Numbered from the stretch's first letter, positions 40,887 to 50,774 are shown. The stretch is 55,074 nucleotides of DNA from Erythrobacter sp. (GCA_013001165.1 JABDNC010000011.1:1-55074); one strand, 5' to 3'. Numbers and translations are program-made. Notes: generated by a model not told the origin, from the letters alone.

Positions 40887-41063
40887 TTACGAATTGTCCA
40901 CGATCTCTGCGCCGGGTCCGTTCTTCTGGATCGAGGAGATGGCGTTCTTCGCGCTATCCTTCGACGCATAGCCCTGGGTCGAGAACATGACCTCGGAATT
41001 ATAGCTGAAGCGCACGCGATACTCGCCGGCCTTGTCTTTATAGATTTCGAAATGGTGACCCAT
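40887..41063 (-). CDS. YegP family protein (DUF1508/UPF0339), 58 aa
   Basis: My translation: MGHHFEIYKDKAGEYRVRFSYNSEVMFSTQGYASKDSAKNAISSIQKNGPGAEIVDNS. RBS GAGG. Below the ORF-track size cutoff. Confidence 0.9.
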   Translation of the reverse strand: MGHHFEIYKDKAGEYRVRFSYNSEVMFSTQGYASKDSAKNAISSIQKNGPGAEIVDNS

Positions 41064-41132
41064 CGGTATTCCTCTCGTCTGCGGTTGGGTTGGTAGATTC
41101 GCGGCTCACATTAACAAATGATGCGCGCTTGG

Positions 41133-42230
41133 CTAGGCGAAGCGCACAGGATCATAGAGTGAGGCGTCGAGCTTTTCGGTCATTTGGTCTCGCGGACGCC
41201 CTAACAGGAGCTGGCCGGCCAGCCTTGCCGCCGCTGGCGAGGTCTGGATGCCGTAGCCCCCCTGCCCGGCAAACCACCCGAACCCGGCGATTACAGGATC
41301 CCAGCCGTAGACCGGGCGGCGATCAGGCGCGAAGCTCCGCAGTCCTGCCCACCGGCGCTCCAGTCCGACGATTTCCCAGTCCATTACCTGCTGCAGACGG
41401 TCGATAGCTGTTGCGACGTCCAGTTCTTCGGGCGCAGCATCGCACGGTTCGCTCGGCACTTCGTCATGGGGGCTGAGCCAGAGGCGCCCTGCTTCGGGTT
41501 TGAAATAGAAGCGCCCCGAGATGTCGAGGACGAGCGGCTGGTCCGACAGGGGAGCGGGATCGGTACGCAATTGCACCACCGTCCGGCGGAGAGGGCCTAT
41601 CCCGACCGGTTTGGCGCCAGCCATGTCGGCGAGTCCATCTGCCCATGCGCCCGCAGCGTTCACAAGCGTTTCGGCAGTGGTTTCATCTCCGCTCTCGGTC
41701 CTGATAGTCCAGCACCCGGCGGACCGCCGTGTCGAGACCACCCTAGAGCGGCATTTCAGGACTACCCCAGCCTTGCGCGCACGCGAGAGGTAGTGGGCGT
41801 GGAGACCGGCCACGTCGATATCGGCACATGCAGGCTCCCAGATGGCACCCGTCCATTCTTCTTTCAGTCCCGGAAGCTGCGCGGCCAACCGGTCGCGATC
41901 CAGTCGCTCGATCGTCGCGCCGGTATCGGCGAACCTCGTCATGAAGGCATCGAGTGCACCGGCATCCTCGTCGCGGCCGATGTAAAGGGCGCCGCGCCTC
42001 GTGAGGAAACCGTTCTCCCGCAGATATGGCCCCGATGCGAGGGTAAGCGGCACGATCTCCGGCCCGCCATAGCATTCCTCCCAGAATGCGGCGGAACGGC
42101 CGGTCGAATGATAGCCCGGCTGATCCTCGGCTTCGAGGACGCAGACGCTGGCCCCGCCCTCTGCCAGTTCGGCGGCAAGACTGGCACCGGCGATACCGGC
42201 CCCCACAATGGCGAAATCGAAACCCGTCAC
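41133..42230 (-). CDS. FAD-dependent oxidoreductase (DAO/DadA family)
   Basis: IVGAGIAG, STGRSAA, VNAAGAWAD, WAGLR, GQGGYGIQTSPA. Confidence 0.9.
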   Translation of the reverse strand: MTGFDFAIVGAGIAGASLAAELAEGGASVCVLEAEDQPGYHSTGRSAAFWEECYGGPEIVPLTLASGPYLRENGFLTRRGALYIGRDEDAGALDAFMTRFADTGATIERLDRDRLAAQLPGLKEEWTGAIWEPACADIDVAGLHAHYLSRARKAGVVLKCRSRVVSTRRSAGCWTIRTESGDETTAETLVNAAGAWADGLADMAGAKPVGIGPLRRTVVQLRTDPAPLSDQPLVLDISGRFYFKPEAGRLWLSPHDEVPSEPCDAAPEELDVATAIDRLQQVMDWEIVGLERRWAGLRSFAPDRRPVYGWDPVIAGFGWFAGQGGYGIQTSPAAARLAGQLLLGRPRDQMTEKLDASLYDPVRFA

Positions 42231-43219
42231 GTCGCCGCTGGAGCTACCTTGTCAAGAAATGCGGAGATGCCATCCATGGCCCTGCCGCGCACGGCATCGA
42301 CTTCCCGCAGGATCTCGTGATGGGCCTCGGGGCCGAACTGCAGCAATTCGCCTTTCGGGAAGCGTTCCGCCGCACGCACGGCCGCCTTGTGGTCGACCAG
42401 CTTGTCGATCGATGTCGACACGACGAGCACCGGTACCTGCACGTTTTCCATCGCGCCCGGCTTTTCGAGTTCGCGCGTTGAAGCATAGGCGCGTTCGACC
42501 CAGCCCCAGCTCCCCGGCCCCATCGCAAGCTCGGGCCGGTTCTCGCGCCACCACAATTCGTCGGCATAACGATCATCGTCATGCGTCAGCAGGTCGCGTC
42601 GCCGTGCGGGCATCTCGCCCGGCTTCTCGCTCCATTTCCAGGCGGGGCGCTTGGGAGAACCGATACGCGTCATCACCCGCGCTACGGAATGCAGGACCGC
42701 GAGCGGAAGCGGCGGACCGGCCATCCCCAGCATGGGAGCCGAAAGGACCACTGCATCGGGCTGGATCACCCCGTCGACCAAGGCGCGAGCAACGATATGA
42801 CCGCCCATCGAATGGGCGACCAGCACGTGCGGGCCGGGGGTTTCCCGTGTCCAGCTGTCCCAGAAGTGCTTGAGGTCGGCGACCCAGTCGGAGAAATCTT
42901 CCACGTGGCCGGTCAGCCGGTCATCACCCAGCCGCCCGGACCCGGCCTGCCCGCGCCAGTCGGCGGCGGTCACACGCCATCCGGCACGGTGCCATTCCTC
43001 CAGGCTTTCTAGGTACTTCTCGTAGAAGTCACCGCGGCCCGGAAGGAAGAGCAACGACCCCCGGACTTCTTGCGACGGCATCTGCCAGTCGATCCGGCGC
43101 AGTTCGTGCCCGTCCTCTGCAGTCCAGCAACTCTCGGTCGCATTGGCAGGAATAGCCCGGCGATCGATCGGCTTTTCTAGCGTTTCGGTGATGGCAGCCT
43201 CCGTTGCACCGCGTGTCAT
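42227..43219 (-). CDS. Alpha/beta hydrolase (lysophospholipase PldB-like)
   Basis: PGRGDFYEKY, DWRGQAGS, AHSMGG nucleophile, SAPM, HEILRE. ATG 43219. Confidence 0.88.
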   Translation of the reverse strand: MTRGATEAAITETLEKPIDRRAIPANATESCWTAEDGHELRRIDWQMPSQEVRGSLLFLPGRGDFYEKYLESLEEWHRAGWRVTAADWRGQAGSGRLGDDRLTGHVEDFSDWVADLKHFWDSWTRETPGPHVLVAHSMGGHIVARALVDGVIQPDAVVLSAPMLGMAGPPLPLAVLHSVARVMTRIGSPKRPAWKWSEKPGEMPARRRDLLTHDDDRYADELWWRENRPELAMGPGSWGWVERAYASTRELEKPGAMENVQVPVLVVSTSIDKLVDHKAAVRAAERFPKGELLQFGPEAHHEILREVDAVRGRAMDGISAFLDKVAPAAT

Positions 43220-43282
43220 GGTTACTATTTGGTAAGCATGTTTGTGTAGCCCGATACCGAAGCAAATTTCGGAAAGCGGGTC

Positions 43283-43996
43283 ATGGACCAAGAAATTTTC
43301 ACCTACGTTCTGCTCGGCGCCTTGGCAATCGCGCTGCTGGTCGCTGCATTCACCGACCTCAAGAGCCGCACGATCGGCAACAAGCTGAACATCGCCATCG
43401 CTGCGGGCGCCCCGCTGTTCTGGTGGGCCAGTGGCCTGTCGCTGTGGCCGGGTGTCGCGATCCAGATCGGAATCGCAGCCATTACCTTTGCCGTGTGCTG
43501 CGCATTTTTCGCGATTCGTCAGATGGGCGGCGGCGACGTGAAATTGCTGACCGCGCTTGCCCTCTGGTTCCCACCGACGAATTTCCTGGGCCTGGTGCTC
43601 ATCATGGCAATGGTCGGCTGGGTATTGACGCTGGCCATGGGCATCTGGGGCGTTGCACGTTCCAACGTACTGGGCGGCAAGCCCGTGCGCGATACCTTTA
43701 TACTGGTGGCCTGCACTCTGATCGCAGGCAACTTCGCCAGCGCCGTGCTCGGCGGGCCGAAGCTGGCGATCCCGTCCAGCGTCGTCCGTTCGCTCGGCAC
43801 CAGCGAGACGGGCACCATTGCCATCGCGCTGATCCCGATTGCCCTGCTTGCAATCGCGACGCTCGTCTCGATCCGAATCATCCGCCGTCACAAGCATCAG
43901 CCGCGTGTTCCTTATGGCCTGGCCATCTCGGTCGCAGGCCTATGGATGCTCGGCGGCAGCTTTATCGCAGGATTTTCTGCAATCGCCGCGGGCTGA
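43283..43996 (+). CDS. cpaA: Prepilin peptidase CpaA/TadV (A24)
   Basis: FTDLKSRTIGN, MGGGDVKL, VPYGLAI. First gene of the Tad cluster. Confidence 0.9.
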   Translation: MDQEIFTYVLLGALAIALLVAAFTDLKSRTIGNKLNIAIAAGAPLFWWASGLSLWPGVAIQIGIAAITFAVCCAFFAIRQMGGGDVKLLTALALWFPPTNFLGLVLIMAMVGWVLTLAMGIWGVARSNVLGGKPVRDTFILVACTLIAGNFASAVLGGPKLAIPSSVVRSLGTSETGTIAIALIPIALLAIATLVSIRIIRRHKHQPRVPYGLAISVAGLWMLGGSFIAGFSAIAAG

Positions 43997-44087
43997 CAAC
44001 CCGATTTTAACCAATCGCCACTTACAGATGGAAACCATAGCTGCCCGCATCCGATTCTGCGCGGGCCAACGAGGGGGCTGAATAGCC

Positions 44088-45167
44088 ATGGATAGGAAGA
44101 AGCTTGTTCTGCTGGTAGGTGCACTGGTCATTGCGATCGGTACCGCGCTTGTTGCCCGCAGCATGATCGCAGGAGCCACGGCTCCTCAGGCACAGGCCGC
44201 AGCGGTTGTCGAACCGCAGGGCCCGAAGGTCCTCGTCGCGCAGCGTGCGCTGCCGACCGGTACCATCATCACCGCAGATGCCATCGGCTATCAGCTGTGG
44301 CCGGAAGAGCTCGTCCAGGACGCCTACTTCCTCGATGGTGAAGCCGATGTCTCCAAACTGATCGGCACGGTTGTCCGCCATGCAGTCACTGCAGGCGAGC
44401 CGGTTACCCAGGGTTCGCTGGTGAGCCCCGGCGACCGCGGCTTCCTTGCCGCAGCCCTCACGCCCGGCATGCGCGCCATCACGGTGCCCGTCGATGCGAA
44501 GAGCGGCGTTGCCGGCTTCGTCTTCCCGGGTGACCGCGTCGACATGGTTCTGACGCAGACCGTACAGGGTGAAGAAGGCGCTCCGCTCAAAACGTCGGAA
44601 ACCATCCTTCGTAACCTTCGTATCCTCGCAACCGACCAGGCGACCACGCAGGTCACCGTCGACGGCAAGACGCAGGTCCGCCCATTCCGCACGGTGACGA
44701 TCGAAGTCACGCCGACGATCGCCGAGAAGGTGGCCGTTGCGCAGACCATCGGTACGCTCAGCCTCGCATTGCGCTCGCTGGCCGATAGCGAACACGAACT
44801 CGAACGCGCCCTCGCATCGGGCGATCTCGTGATCCCCGACGACGCTTCGCCGGAAGAAGAAGAACGCCTGCTGCGCGAAGTCGTAGCGCGTCCCGACGAT
44901 GCCAAGGGCACCTATGTGACCGGCGGCGACGTCTCGCGCTTCCAGCGCAGCTCCATGCCTGCCCAGCAGCGCCAGCGTGGCGGTGGTGGCGGCGGCGGTG
45001 ACGGTGCCGCAGCACCGGTCCGCCAGGGCCCGAGCGTCATCGTTACTCGCGGCAAGGTGCAAGAACGCGTCACCGTGGGCCGTGCAGGTGCACTCAACTC
45101 CTCGGTTGCCTCGGGAACTCGCAACGCCGGAAGCACTGTTCCGGTCGCGCTGAGCACCGTCCGTTAA
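44088..45167 (+). CDS. cpaB: Flp pilus assembly protein CpaB
   Basis: SAF domain VLVAQRALPTG, PGMRAITV, GVAGFVFPGDRVD, LSLALR. Confidence 0.95.
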   Translation: MDRKKLVLLVGALVIAIGTALVARSMIAGATAPQAQAAAVVEPQGPKVLVAQRALPTGTIITADAIGYQLWPEELVQDAYFLDGEADVSKLIGTVVRHAVTAGEPVTQGSLVSPGDRGFLAAALTPGMRAITVPVDAKSGVAGFVFPGDRVDMVLTQTVQGEEGAPLKTSETILRNLRILATDQATTQVTVDGKTQVRPFRTVTIEVTPTIAEKVAVAQTIGTLSLALRSLADSEHELERALASGDLVIPDDASPEEEERLLREVVARPDDAKGTYVTGGDVSRFQRSSMPAQQRQRGGGGGGGDGAAAPVRQGPSVIVTRGKVQERVTVGRAGALNSSVASGTRNAGSTVPVALSTVR

Positions 45168-45207
45168 TCCGATGATCAAGACAGGAAGCCATTCAGGGGG
45201 CCAATCC

Positions 45208-46752
45208 ATGAAACGTCGTCTTACCGCAAAACTGCTGCTTGCCGGACTGGCGCTCGCGCCGCTGGCAGCCGCTCCGACCAGTGTGGCCACGGCCCAGGCG
45301 GTCGTCAGCCCGACCACGGACATCGTCCTTTCGATCGGCCGCGGCGAACTCGTCAACGTACCCGGCACCATGGCCGATGTGTTCATCTCGAACGATCAGG
45401 TCGCCGACGTACAGATCAAGTCGCAGCGCCAGCTGTACCTGTTCGGCAAGTCCGGCGGTGAGACCACGGTCTACGCCAGCAACGCCGCAGGTGACATCAT
45501 CTGGGCAGCCAACGTCCGCGTCGGTTCGAACATCGGCAGCATCGACCAGATGCTCGCCCTTGCGATGCCCGAAGCGAAGATCAACGTCGCCACGATGGGC
45601 ACCAACACGGTGCTCCTGACCGGCACGGTCGCCGCTCCGGAAGACGCAGCTGACGCCCAGGCGCTGGTCGAAGCCTATGTCGGCGAAGGCCAGAACGTCA
45701 TCAGCCGCCTGCGCATGGCAACGCCGCTTCAGGTCAACCTGCAGGTGCGTATCGCCGAAGTCAGCCGCAGTGTGGTCCGCGCCATTGGCGTGAACCTCGC
45801 CTCGGTCGATGCATCGAGCGGCTTCAAGGTCGGTGTCGGACAGGGTTCGGGTTCGTGGATCCCGCAGTATACCCCGGGTTCGCCTGCCGGACTCGGCGTC
45901 GGTCTCACCGAAGGCCCCGACGGCAGCACGGTCATCCCGGGCAGCCAGCAGGGTTCGACCATCGGCGTCGAGGGCAACCTCCTCGGTCTCGACATCGCAT
46001 CGGCGCTCGATCTTGCGGAAACGCAGGGCCTCGTGACCACGCTGTCGCAGCCGAACCTGACCGCCCTTTCGGGTGAAACGGCAGAATTCCTCGCAGGTGG
46101 CGAATTTCCGATCCCACTCAGCCAGGGTCTGGGTAACGTCTCGATCGAGTACAAGAACTACGGTGTTAGCCTCGCCTATACGCCGACGGTTCTGGCCAAC
46201 GGCCGCATCTCGATCCGCGTTCGTCCCGAAGTGTCGGAACTGTCGAGCCAAGGCTCGATCACGCTGAACGGCTTCCAGGTGCCCGCACTGGTCACCCGTC
46301 GTGCAGAAACGACCGTGGAACTCGGCTCCGGCCAGAGCTTCATGATCGCCGGCCTGCTGTCGAACAACTCGCAGAACTCGATCGAGAAGGCTCCGGGCCT
46401 CGGCGATGTGCCGCTCCTCGGCAACCTCTTCCGTTCGACCAACTACCGCAAGGGTGAAACCGAGCTGGTAATCGTGGTGACGCCGTATCTGGTGAAGCCG
46501 GTCAATGCGAACGACATCCGCCTGCCTACGGACGGCTATCTCAAGCCGACCGAGTTCCAGCGTCTGATCGAACTTCGCGAAGCTGACGGCGTTTCGGGCG
46601 CAAGCCGCCCGATGCCCTCGGCAAATGGCAGCGGTGCCGCACCGCAGCTGTCGCAGGGTTCGCAGGCCGACGGCGAACAGGTCGCAGCACAGGCGGACGC
46701 CCGCCGTAACGAGAAGACCGCTGCTGCCAAGCCCGGCTTCAGCTTCGAATAA
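45208..46752 (+). CDS. cpaC: Tad secretin CpaC/RcpA
   Basis: Signal peptide, QVNLQVRIAEV, LSGETAEFLAGGEFP, ETTVELGSGQSFMIAGL, PGLGDVPLLGNLFRS, ETELVIVVTP. Confidence 0.95.
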   Translation: MKRRLTAKLLLAGLALAPLAAAPTSVATAQAVVSPTTDIVLSIGRGELVNVPGTMADVFISNDQVADVQIKSQRQLYLFGKSGGETTVYASNAAGDIIWAANVRVGSNIGSIDQMLALAMPEAKINVATMGTNTVLLTGTVAAPEDAADAQALVEAYVGEGQNVISRLRMATPLQVNLQVRIAEVSRSVVRAIGVNLASVDASSGFKVGVGQGSGSWIPQYTPGSPAGLGVGLTEGPDGSTVIPGSQQGSTIGVEGNLLGLDIASALDLAETQGLVTTLSQPNLTALSGETAEFLAGGEFPIPLSQGLGNVSIEYKNYGVSLAYTPTVLANGRISIRVRPEVSELSSQGSITLNGFQVPALVTRRAETTVELGSGQSFMIAGLLSNNSQNSIEKAPGLGDVPLLGNLFRSTNYRKGETELVIVVTPYLVKPVNANDIRLPTDGYLKPTEFQRLIELREADGVSGASRPMPSANGSGAAPQLSQGSQADGEQVAAQADARRNEKTAAAKPGFSFE

Positions 46753-46766
46753 GGGAGACGAGAACA

Positions 46767-47417
46767 ATGCGTATCAACATCACTCGCAAGCTCGCCGCTC
46801 CGCTGGCAGCCTCGCTCGCACTCACGCTGGGTGCCTGTGGCGGCGTCAACATGGACAACCGCACGCTCTACAGCGTGAAGCAGCCGGTCGTGGAACGCTC
46901 GAACTACACGCTCGACGTCAGCACCAGTGCGGACGGCCTTCCAGTCTCCGAACAGCAGCGGCTCGCCGGCTGGTTCGAGAGCATGGACCTGCGTTACGGC
47001 GACCGTGTCTCGATCGACGATGGCAACAACAGCCTCGCCGTGCGTGACGACATCGCCGCTCTCGCAGCGCGCCACGGCATCCTTCTGGCTGAAGGTGCAC
47101 CGGTGACCGTGGGCAACGCCCAGCCGGGCCAGGCACGCGTCGTCATCACCCGTTCGAGTGCTTCTGTTCCGGGTTGCCCGGACTGGTCGCACACGGCCGA
47201 AGCCAACGACAAGAACTCGACCAACCCCAACTATGGTTGCGCCACCTACGGCAACCTGGCTGCGATGGTCGCCAATCCGGAAGACCTCGTCCAGGGCCAG
47301 CAGGGCACCGGCGAGACGGTCGTGACCACTTCCACCAAGGCAATCCAGTCCTACCGCGAGATGGAACCGACCGGCGCGGGCGGCCTGCCTGAAACCAATA
47401 GCCAAGGAGGCAACTGA
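46767..47417 (+). CDS. cpaD: Pilus assembly lipoprotein CpaD
   Basis: Lipobox LGAC, PGCPDW, NYGCATYGNLAAMVANPEDL. Confidence 0.93.
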   Translation: MRINITRKLAAPLAASLALTLGACGGVNMDNRTLYSVKQPVVERSNYTLDVSTSADGLPVSEQQRLAGWFESMDLRYGDRVSIDDGNNSLAVRDDIAALAARHGILLAEGAPVTVGNAQPGQARVVITRSSASVPGCPDWSHTAEANDKNSTNPNYGCATYGNLAAMVANPEDLVQGQQGTGETVVTTSTKAIQSYREMEPTGAGGLPETNSQGGN

Positions 47418-47420
47418 GCC

Positions 47421-48704
47421 ATGAGCGCTTTTTCGAAACCCGGCATGCCCGGCAATCGCGATCCGTTTGCAGCCTATATCTGCGACGAAACGGCGCTGGA
47501 CGTTCTGCGTCCGGTCGTGATCGAACTCGGCTGGCAGCCGGAAAAGTGCAACAAGGGCGGCCTGCGCAACGCAGTGCAGTCCCTGTCGGTCTCTGCCAGC
47601 CCGAATATCCTGATGGTCGACCTGTCGGAAAGCGGCGATCCGCTTAACGACATCAACGCCCTCGCCGAGGTTTGCGAACCCGGTACGGTCGTGATCGCCA
47701 TCGGCCAGGTTAACGACGTGCGCCTCTATCGCGACCTGCTCGCGAGCGGCATCCACGACTACCTCCTGAAGCCGCTGTCGGCCTCGGTCCTGCGCGACTC
47801 GCTCAACGCGGCACAAGCCGTTTTCAGCGCGCCTCGCGGTGGCGAGAGCGAACAGATCAAGCGACACATCTCGACGGCCATCGTGGGTACCCGCGGCGGT
47901 GTCGGTGCCTCGACGCTGGCGACCTCGCTGGCCTGGTACTACAGCGCCGAAAAGAAGATGCCGACCGCACTGCTCGATCTCGACGTGCACTTCGGCACCG
48001 GCGCGCTCACGCTCGACCTCGAGCCGGGCCGCGGCCTGACCGACGCGATCGACAACCCGAGCCGCATCGACGGCCTGTTCATCGAACGCGCCATGATCCG
48101 TGCGAACGAAAACCTTGCCATTCTTTCGGCCGAGGCTCCGATCAACTCGCCGCTCATGACCGACGGCGCGGCCTTCCTGCAGCTGCAGGAAGAATTCCGC
48201 CACGCCTTCGAAATGACGCTGATCGACTTGCCGCGTAACATGCTGATCAACTTCCCCCACCTGCTCAACGACGTGAACGTCGTGACGCTGGTGACGGAAA
48301 TGACGCTTGCCTCGGCACGCGACACGATCCGCACGCTGTCCTGGCTCAAGACCAACGCCGCGCACGCCACCCCGGTGGTCGTTGCCAACAAGGTCCAGCC
48401 CGGTGCTGCAGAAATCAGCAAGGCCGATTTCGAGGCCTCGATCGAACGCAAGATCGATATCTCGATCCCCTACGACCAGAAGGGCGCTGCAACCGCTGCC
48501 AAGCTCGGCAAGACTTTCATCGACGCGAATGCGTCGGGCAAGGCCACAGCCGGCATGAAGCAGCTCGCCAGCCGCATCATCGGCCTGGGCGACGAAGACA
48601 GCGAAGAGGCGGCGGAAGCTGCCGGCAAGAAATCGCTGCTTGGCGGCTTCGACCTCAAGGGTCTGGTGTCGAAGAAAGACAAGGCAGCAGCCGAAGTCGA
48701 ATAA
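47421..48704 (+). CDS. cpaE: Pilus assembly protein CpaE/TadZ
   Basis: Degenerate receiver domain (NDVRLYRDLLASGIHDYL) plus MinD-like GTRGGVGAST and LDLDVHFG. Confidence 0.93.
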   Translation: MSAFSKPGMPGNRDPFAAYICDETALDVLRPVVIELGWQPEKCNKGGLRNAVQSLSVSASPNILMVDLSESGDPLNDINALAEVCEPGTVVIAIGQVNDVRLYRDLLASGIHDYLLKPLSASVLRDSLNAAQAVFSAPRGGESEQIKRHISTAIVGTRGGVGASTLATSLAWYYSAEKKMPTALLDLDVHFGTGALTLDLEPGRGLTDAIDNPSRIDGLFIERAMIRANENLAILSAEAPINSPLMTDGAAFLQLQEEFRHAFEMTLIDLPRNMLINFPHLLNDVNVVTLVTEMTLASARDTIRTLSWLKTNAAHATPVVVANKVQPGAAEISKADFEASIERKIDISIPYDQKGAATAAKLGKTFIDANASGKATAGMKQLASRIIGLGDEDSEEAAEAAGKKSLLGGFDLKGLVSKKDKAAAEVE

Positions 48705-48707
48705 CCT

Positions 48708-48753
48708 TGTTCCCGGAGCGCTTTGGGTCCTGCCTTTCGCACTCCGGGACCAA
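48708..48753. other. Intergenic stem-loop between cpaE and tadB
   Basis: TCCCGGAG 48711-48718 pairs with CTCCGGGA 48742-48749 and extends with mismatches. No U-tract. Confidence 0.5.
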
Positions 48754-48788
48754 CGAACCAACTATGACGGACGGGACGGAGTAGACAG

Positions 48789-49760
48789 ATGAATTTGATC
48801 CAGCTCGTACTGGTTGCGGTCGGCATCCTTGCGCTGCTCGTCTTGGGCTATGTCGCATTCGCCGGCCCCAACGCTGCCAAGAATGGTCAGCGCCGCCTGC
48901 AGCAGGTGCGCTTCCGCCATTCGGAAAGCACCGATGCGAAAGTCGAATCGCAGCTGAAGAAGGCCATCGCGGCCCGCAAGCCCAAGCGTCACAAAACCGC
49001 GGGTTCGGACTCGCGCGTCGAAGCCCTCGCCATGCGCCTCGACCGGACGGGCAAGGGCTGGACCATCAGCCAATATGCCTATGCTTCGCTCGGTATCGGC
49101 CTGGTTGTGGCGGTGATCATGTTCCTTCGCACCGGCTCGCTTCCGCTGTCCTTTGCAATCGGCCTCTTCGCCGGCGCCGGTATCCCGCACTTCATCGTCG
49201 GTCGTGCGATCAAGAAGCGCACCAACGCCTTCAATGTGAAGTTTCCCGACGCCATCGAACTGCTGGTTCGTGGTCTTCGCTCGGGCCTTCCGGTGACCGA
49301 GACGCTCTCGGTCGTCGCGCAGGAAGTCGATGGACCGGTGGGCCAGGAATTCAAGGGTATCGTCGAGCGCATCAAGATCGGTCGCACGATGGAAGAATCG
49401 CTCGAGGAAACCGCCAATCGTCTTGGCATCCCCGAGTTCAACTTCTTCTGCATCACGCTCGCCATCCAGCGCGAAACCGGTGGTAACCTCGCCGAGACGT
49501 TGTCGAACCTGTCGGACGTGCTGCGCAAGCGTGCCCAGATGAAGCTCAAGATCCGTGCAATGAGCTCGGAATCGAAGGCCTCGGCCTACATCGTCGGCGC
49601 CCTGCCCTTCATCGTCTTCACCATGATCTGGTGGATCAACCCGGACTATGTCGGCAGCTTCTTCATCGACGAGCGCCTGATCGTCACCGGCCTTGGCGGC
49701 CTCGTATGGATGAGCATCGGCGCCTTCATCATGGCCAAGATGGTCAGCTTCGAAATCTAA
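48789..49760 (+). CDS. tadB: Tad inner-membrane platform protein TadB (T2SSF family)
   Basis: FPDAIELLVRGLRSG, IQRETGGNLAETL, SSESKASA. Confidence 0.93.
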   Translation: MNLIQLVLVAVGILALLVLGYVAFAGPNAAKNGQRRLQQVRFRHSESTDAKVESQLKKAIAARKPKRHKTAGSDSRVEALAMRLDRTGKGWTISQYAYASLGIGLVVAVIMFLRTGSLPLSFAIGLFAGAGIPHFIVGRAIKKRTNAFNVKFPDAIELLVRGLRSGLPVTETLSVVAQEVDGPVGQEFKGIVERIKIGRTMEESLEETANRLGIPEFNFFCITLAIQRETGGNLAETLSNLSDVLRKRAQMKLKIRAMSSESKASAYIVGALPFIVFTMIWWINPDYVGSFFIDERLIVTGLGGLVWMSIGAFIMAKMVSFEI

Positions 49761-49781
49761 GGACCCGAGGGACAAGTCATC

Positions 49782-50774
49782 ATGGAAAGCGGTAACGGAC
49801 CCACACTCCTCGGCTTCGACGTCATCGTCGTCGGCTCCATCCTGATGGGCGTGGCAGCTCTCGCGGTTCTCTTCGCGATTTATACTGCCGTCACCATCAA
49901 GGACCCCATGGTCAAGCGCGTAAAGGCGCTGGAAGGCCGTCGTGAAGAACTGAAGGCCGGCCTCGTCACCTCGGGCGCCAAGAAGCGCCAGAGCCTCGTG
50001 CGCAAGACCGACACGGCCGACAAGGTGCGCGACACCCTTGGCAACATGAAGGTCCTGCAGGACAGCCAGGTCGAAGAAATGCAGCAGAAGCTGGCCTGGG
50101 CCGGCTTTCGCAACAAGGAAGTCGCCGTGGTCCTCATCGGCCTGCGCATGGTCCTGCCCGTGATCTTCGGCCTGATTGCCGGCGTGCTGCTCTACGTCGT
50201 CGAGATCTTCCCCGATTGGGAATTCAAGCGCGTCGCTGCGCTCTCGGCTGCGGTTTTCTTCGGCTACAAAGGCCCGGAAATCTATCTCAGCAACATCGCC
50301 AGCAAGCGCACCGATGCGATCCGCAAGGGCCTGCCCGACGCGCTCGACCTTCTGGTCATCTGTGCAGAAGCCGGTCTGACGGTCGATGCCGCATTCAACC
50401 GCGTCGCCAAGGAACTGGGCCGCGCCTATCCGGAACTGGGTGATGAATTCACCCTCACCGCGATCGAGCTGTCCTTCCTCAATGAGCGCAAGAAGGCCTT
50501 CGACAACCTCGCCTATCGCGTGAACCTCGAAGCGGTGAAGGGCGTGGTCACGACCATGGTCCAGACCGAACGCTACGGTACTCCGCTGGCATCCGCGCTG
50601 CGTGTGCTGTCGGCCGAATTCCGTAACGAGCGCATGATGCGCGCCGAAGAAAAGGCAGCGCGTCTGCCGGCGATCATGACCGTGCCGCTGATCCTGTTCA
50701 TCCTGCCGGTGCTGTTCATCGTCATTCTCGGCCCCGCGGCCTGCGACATCTCGGACTCCTTCATGACCCAGTAG
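49782..50774 (+). CDS. tadC: Tad inner-membrane platform protein TadC (T2SSF family)
   Basis: LPDALDLLVICAEAGL, QTERYGTP, AEEKAARLP..MTVPLILFILP. Confidence 0.93.
   Translation: MESGNGPTLLGFDVIVVGSILMGVAALAVLFAIYTAVTIKDPMVKRVKALEGRREELKAGLVTSGAKKRQSLVRKTDTADKVRDTLGNMKVLQDSQVEEMQQKLAWAGFRNKEVAVVLIGLRMVLPVIFGLIAGVLLYVVEIFPDWEFKRVAALSAAVFFGYKGPEIYLSNIASKRTDAIRKGLPDALDLLVICAEAGLTVDAAFNRVAKELGRAYPELGDEFTLTAIELSFLNERKKAFDNLAYRVNLEAVKGVVTTMVQTERYGTPLASALRVLSAEFRNERMMRAEEKAARLPAIMTVPLILFILPVLFIVILGPAACDISDSFMTQ

Noticed and set aside
43222-43235. TTAC-TATTTG-GTAA upstream of cpaA as a CtrA box
   Set aside because: The spacer is 6, not 7, and both half sites deviate. With TTAACC near 44007 it is only suggestive.
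42227-43897. Long ORF-track N-terminal extensions suggesting fusions (556-aa hydrolase, 807-aa TamA, 391-aa lipoprotein, 355-aa AlkA)
   Set aside because: The extensions overlap real neighbouring genes and lack motifs. Downstream starts fit better.
44978-45000. GGT/GGC run in cpaB as a phase-variable repeat
   Set aside because: It is a mixed-codon, in-frame poly-Gly linker, so slippage would not shift the frame.
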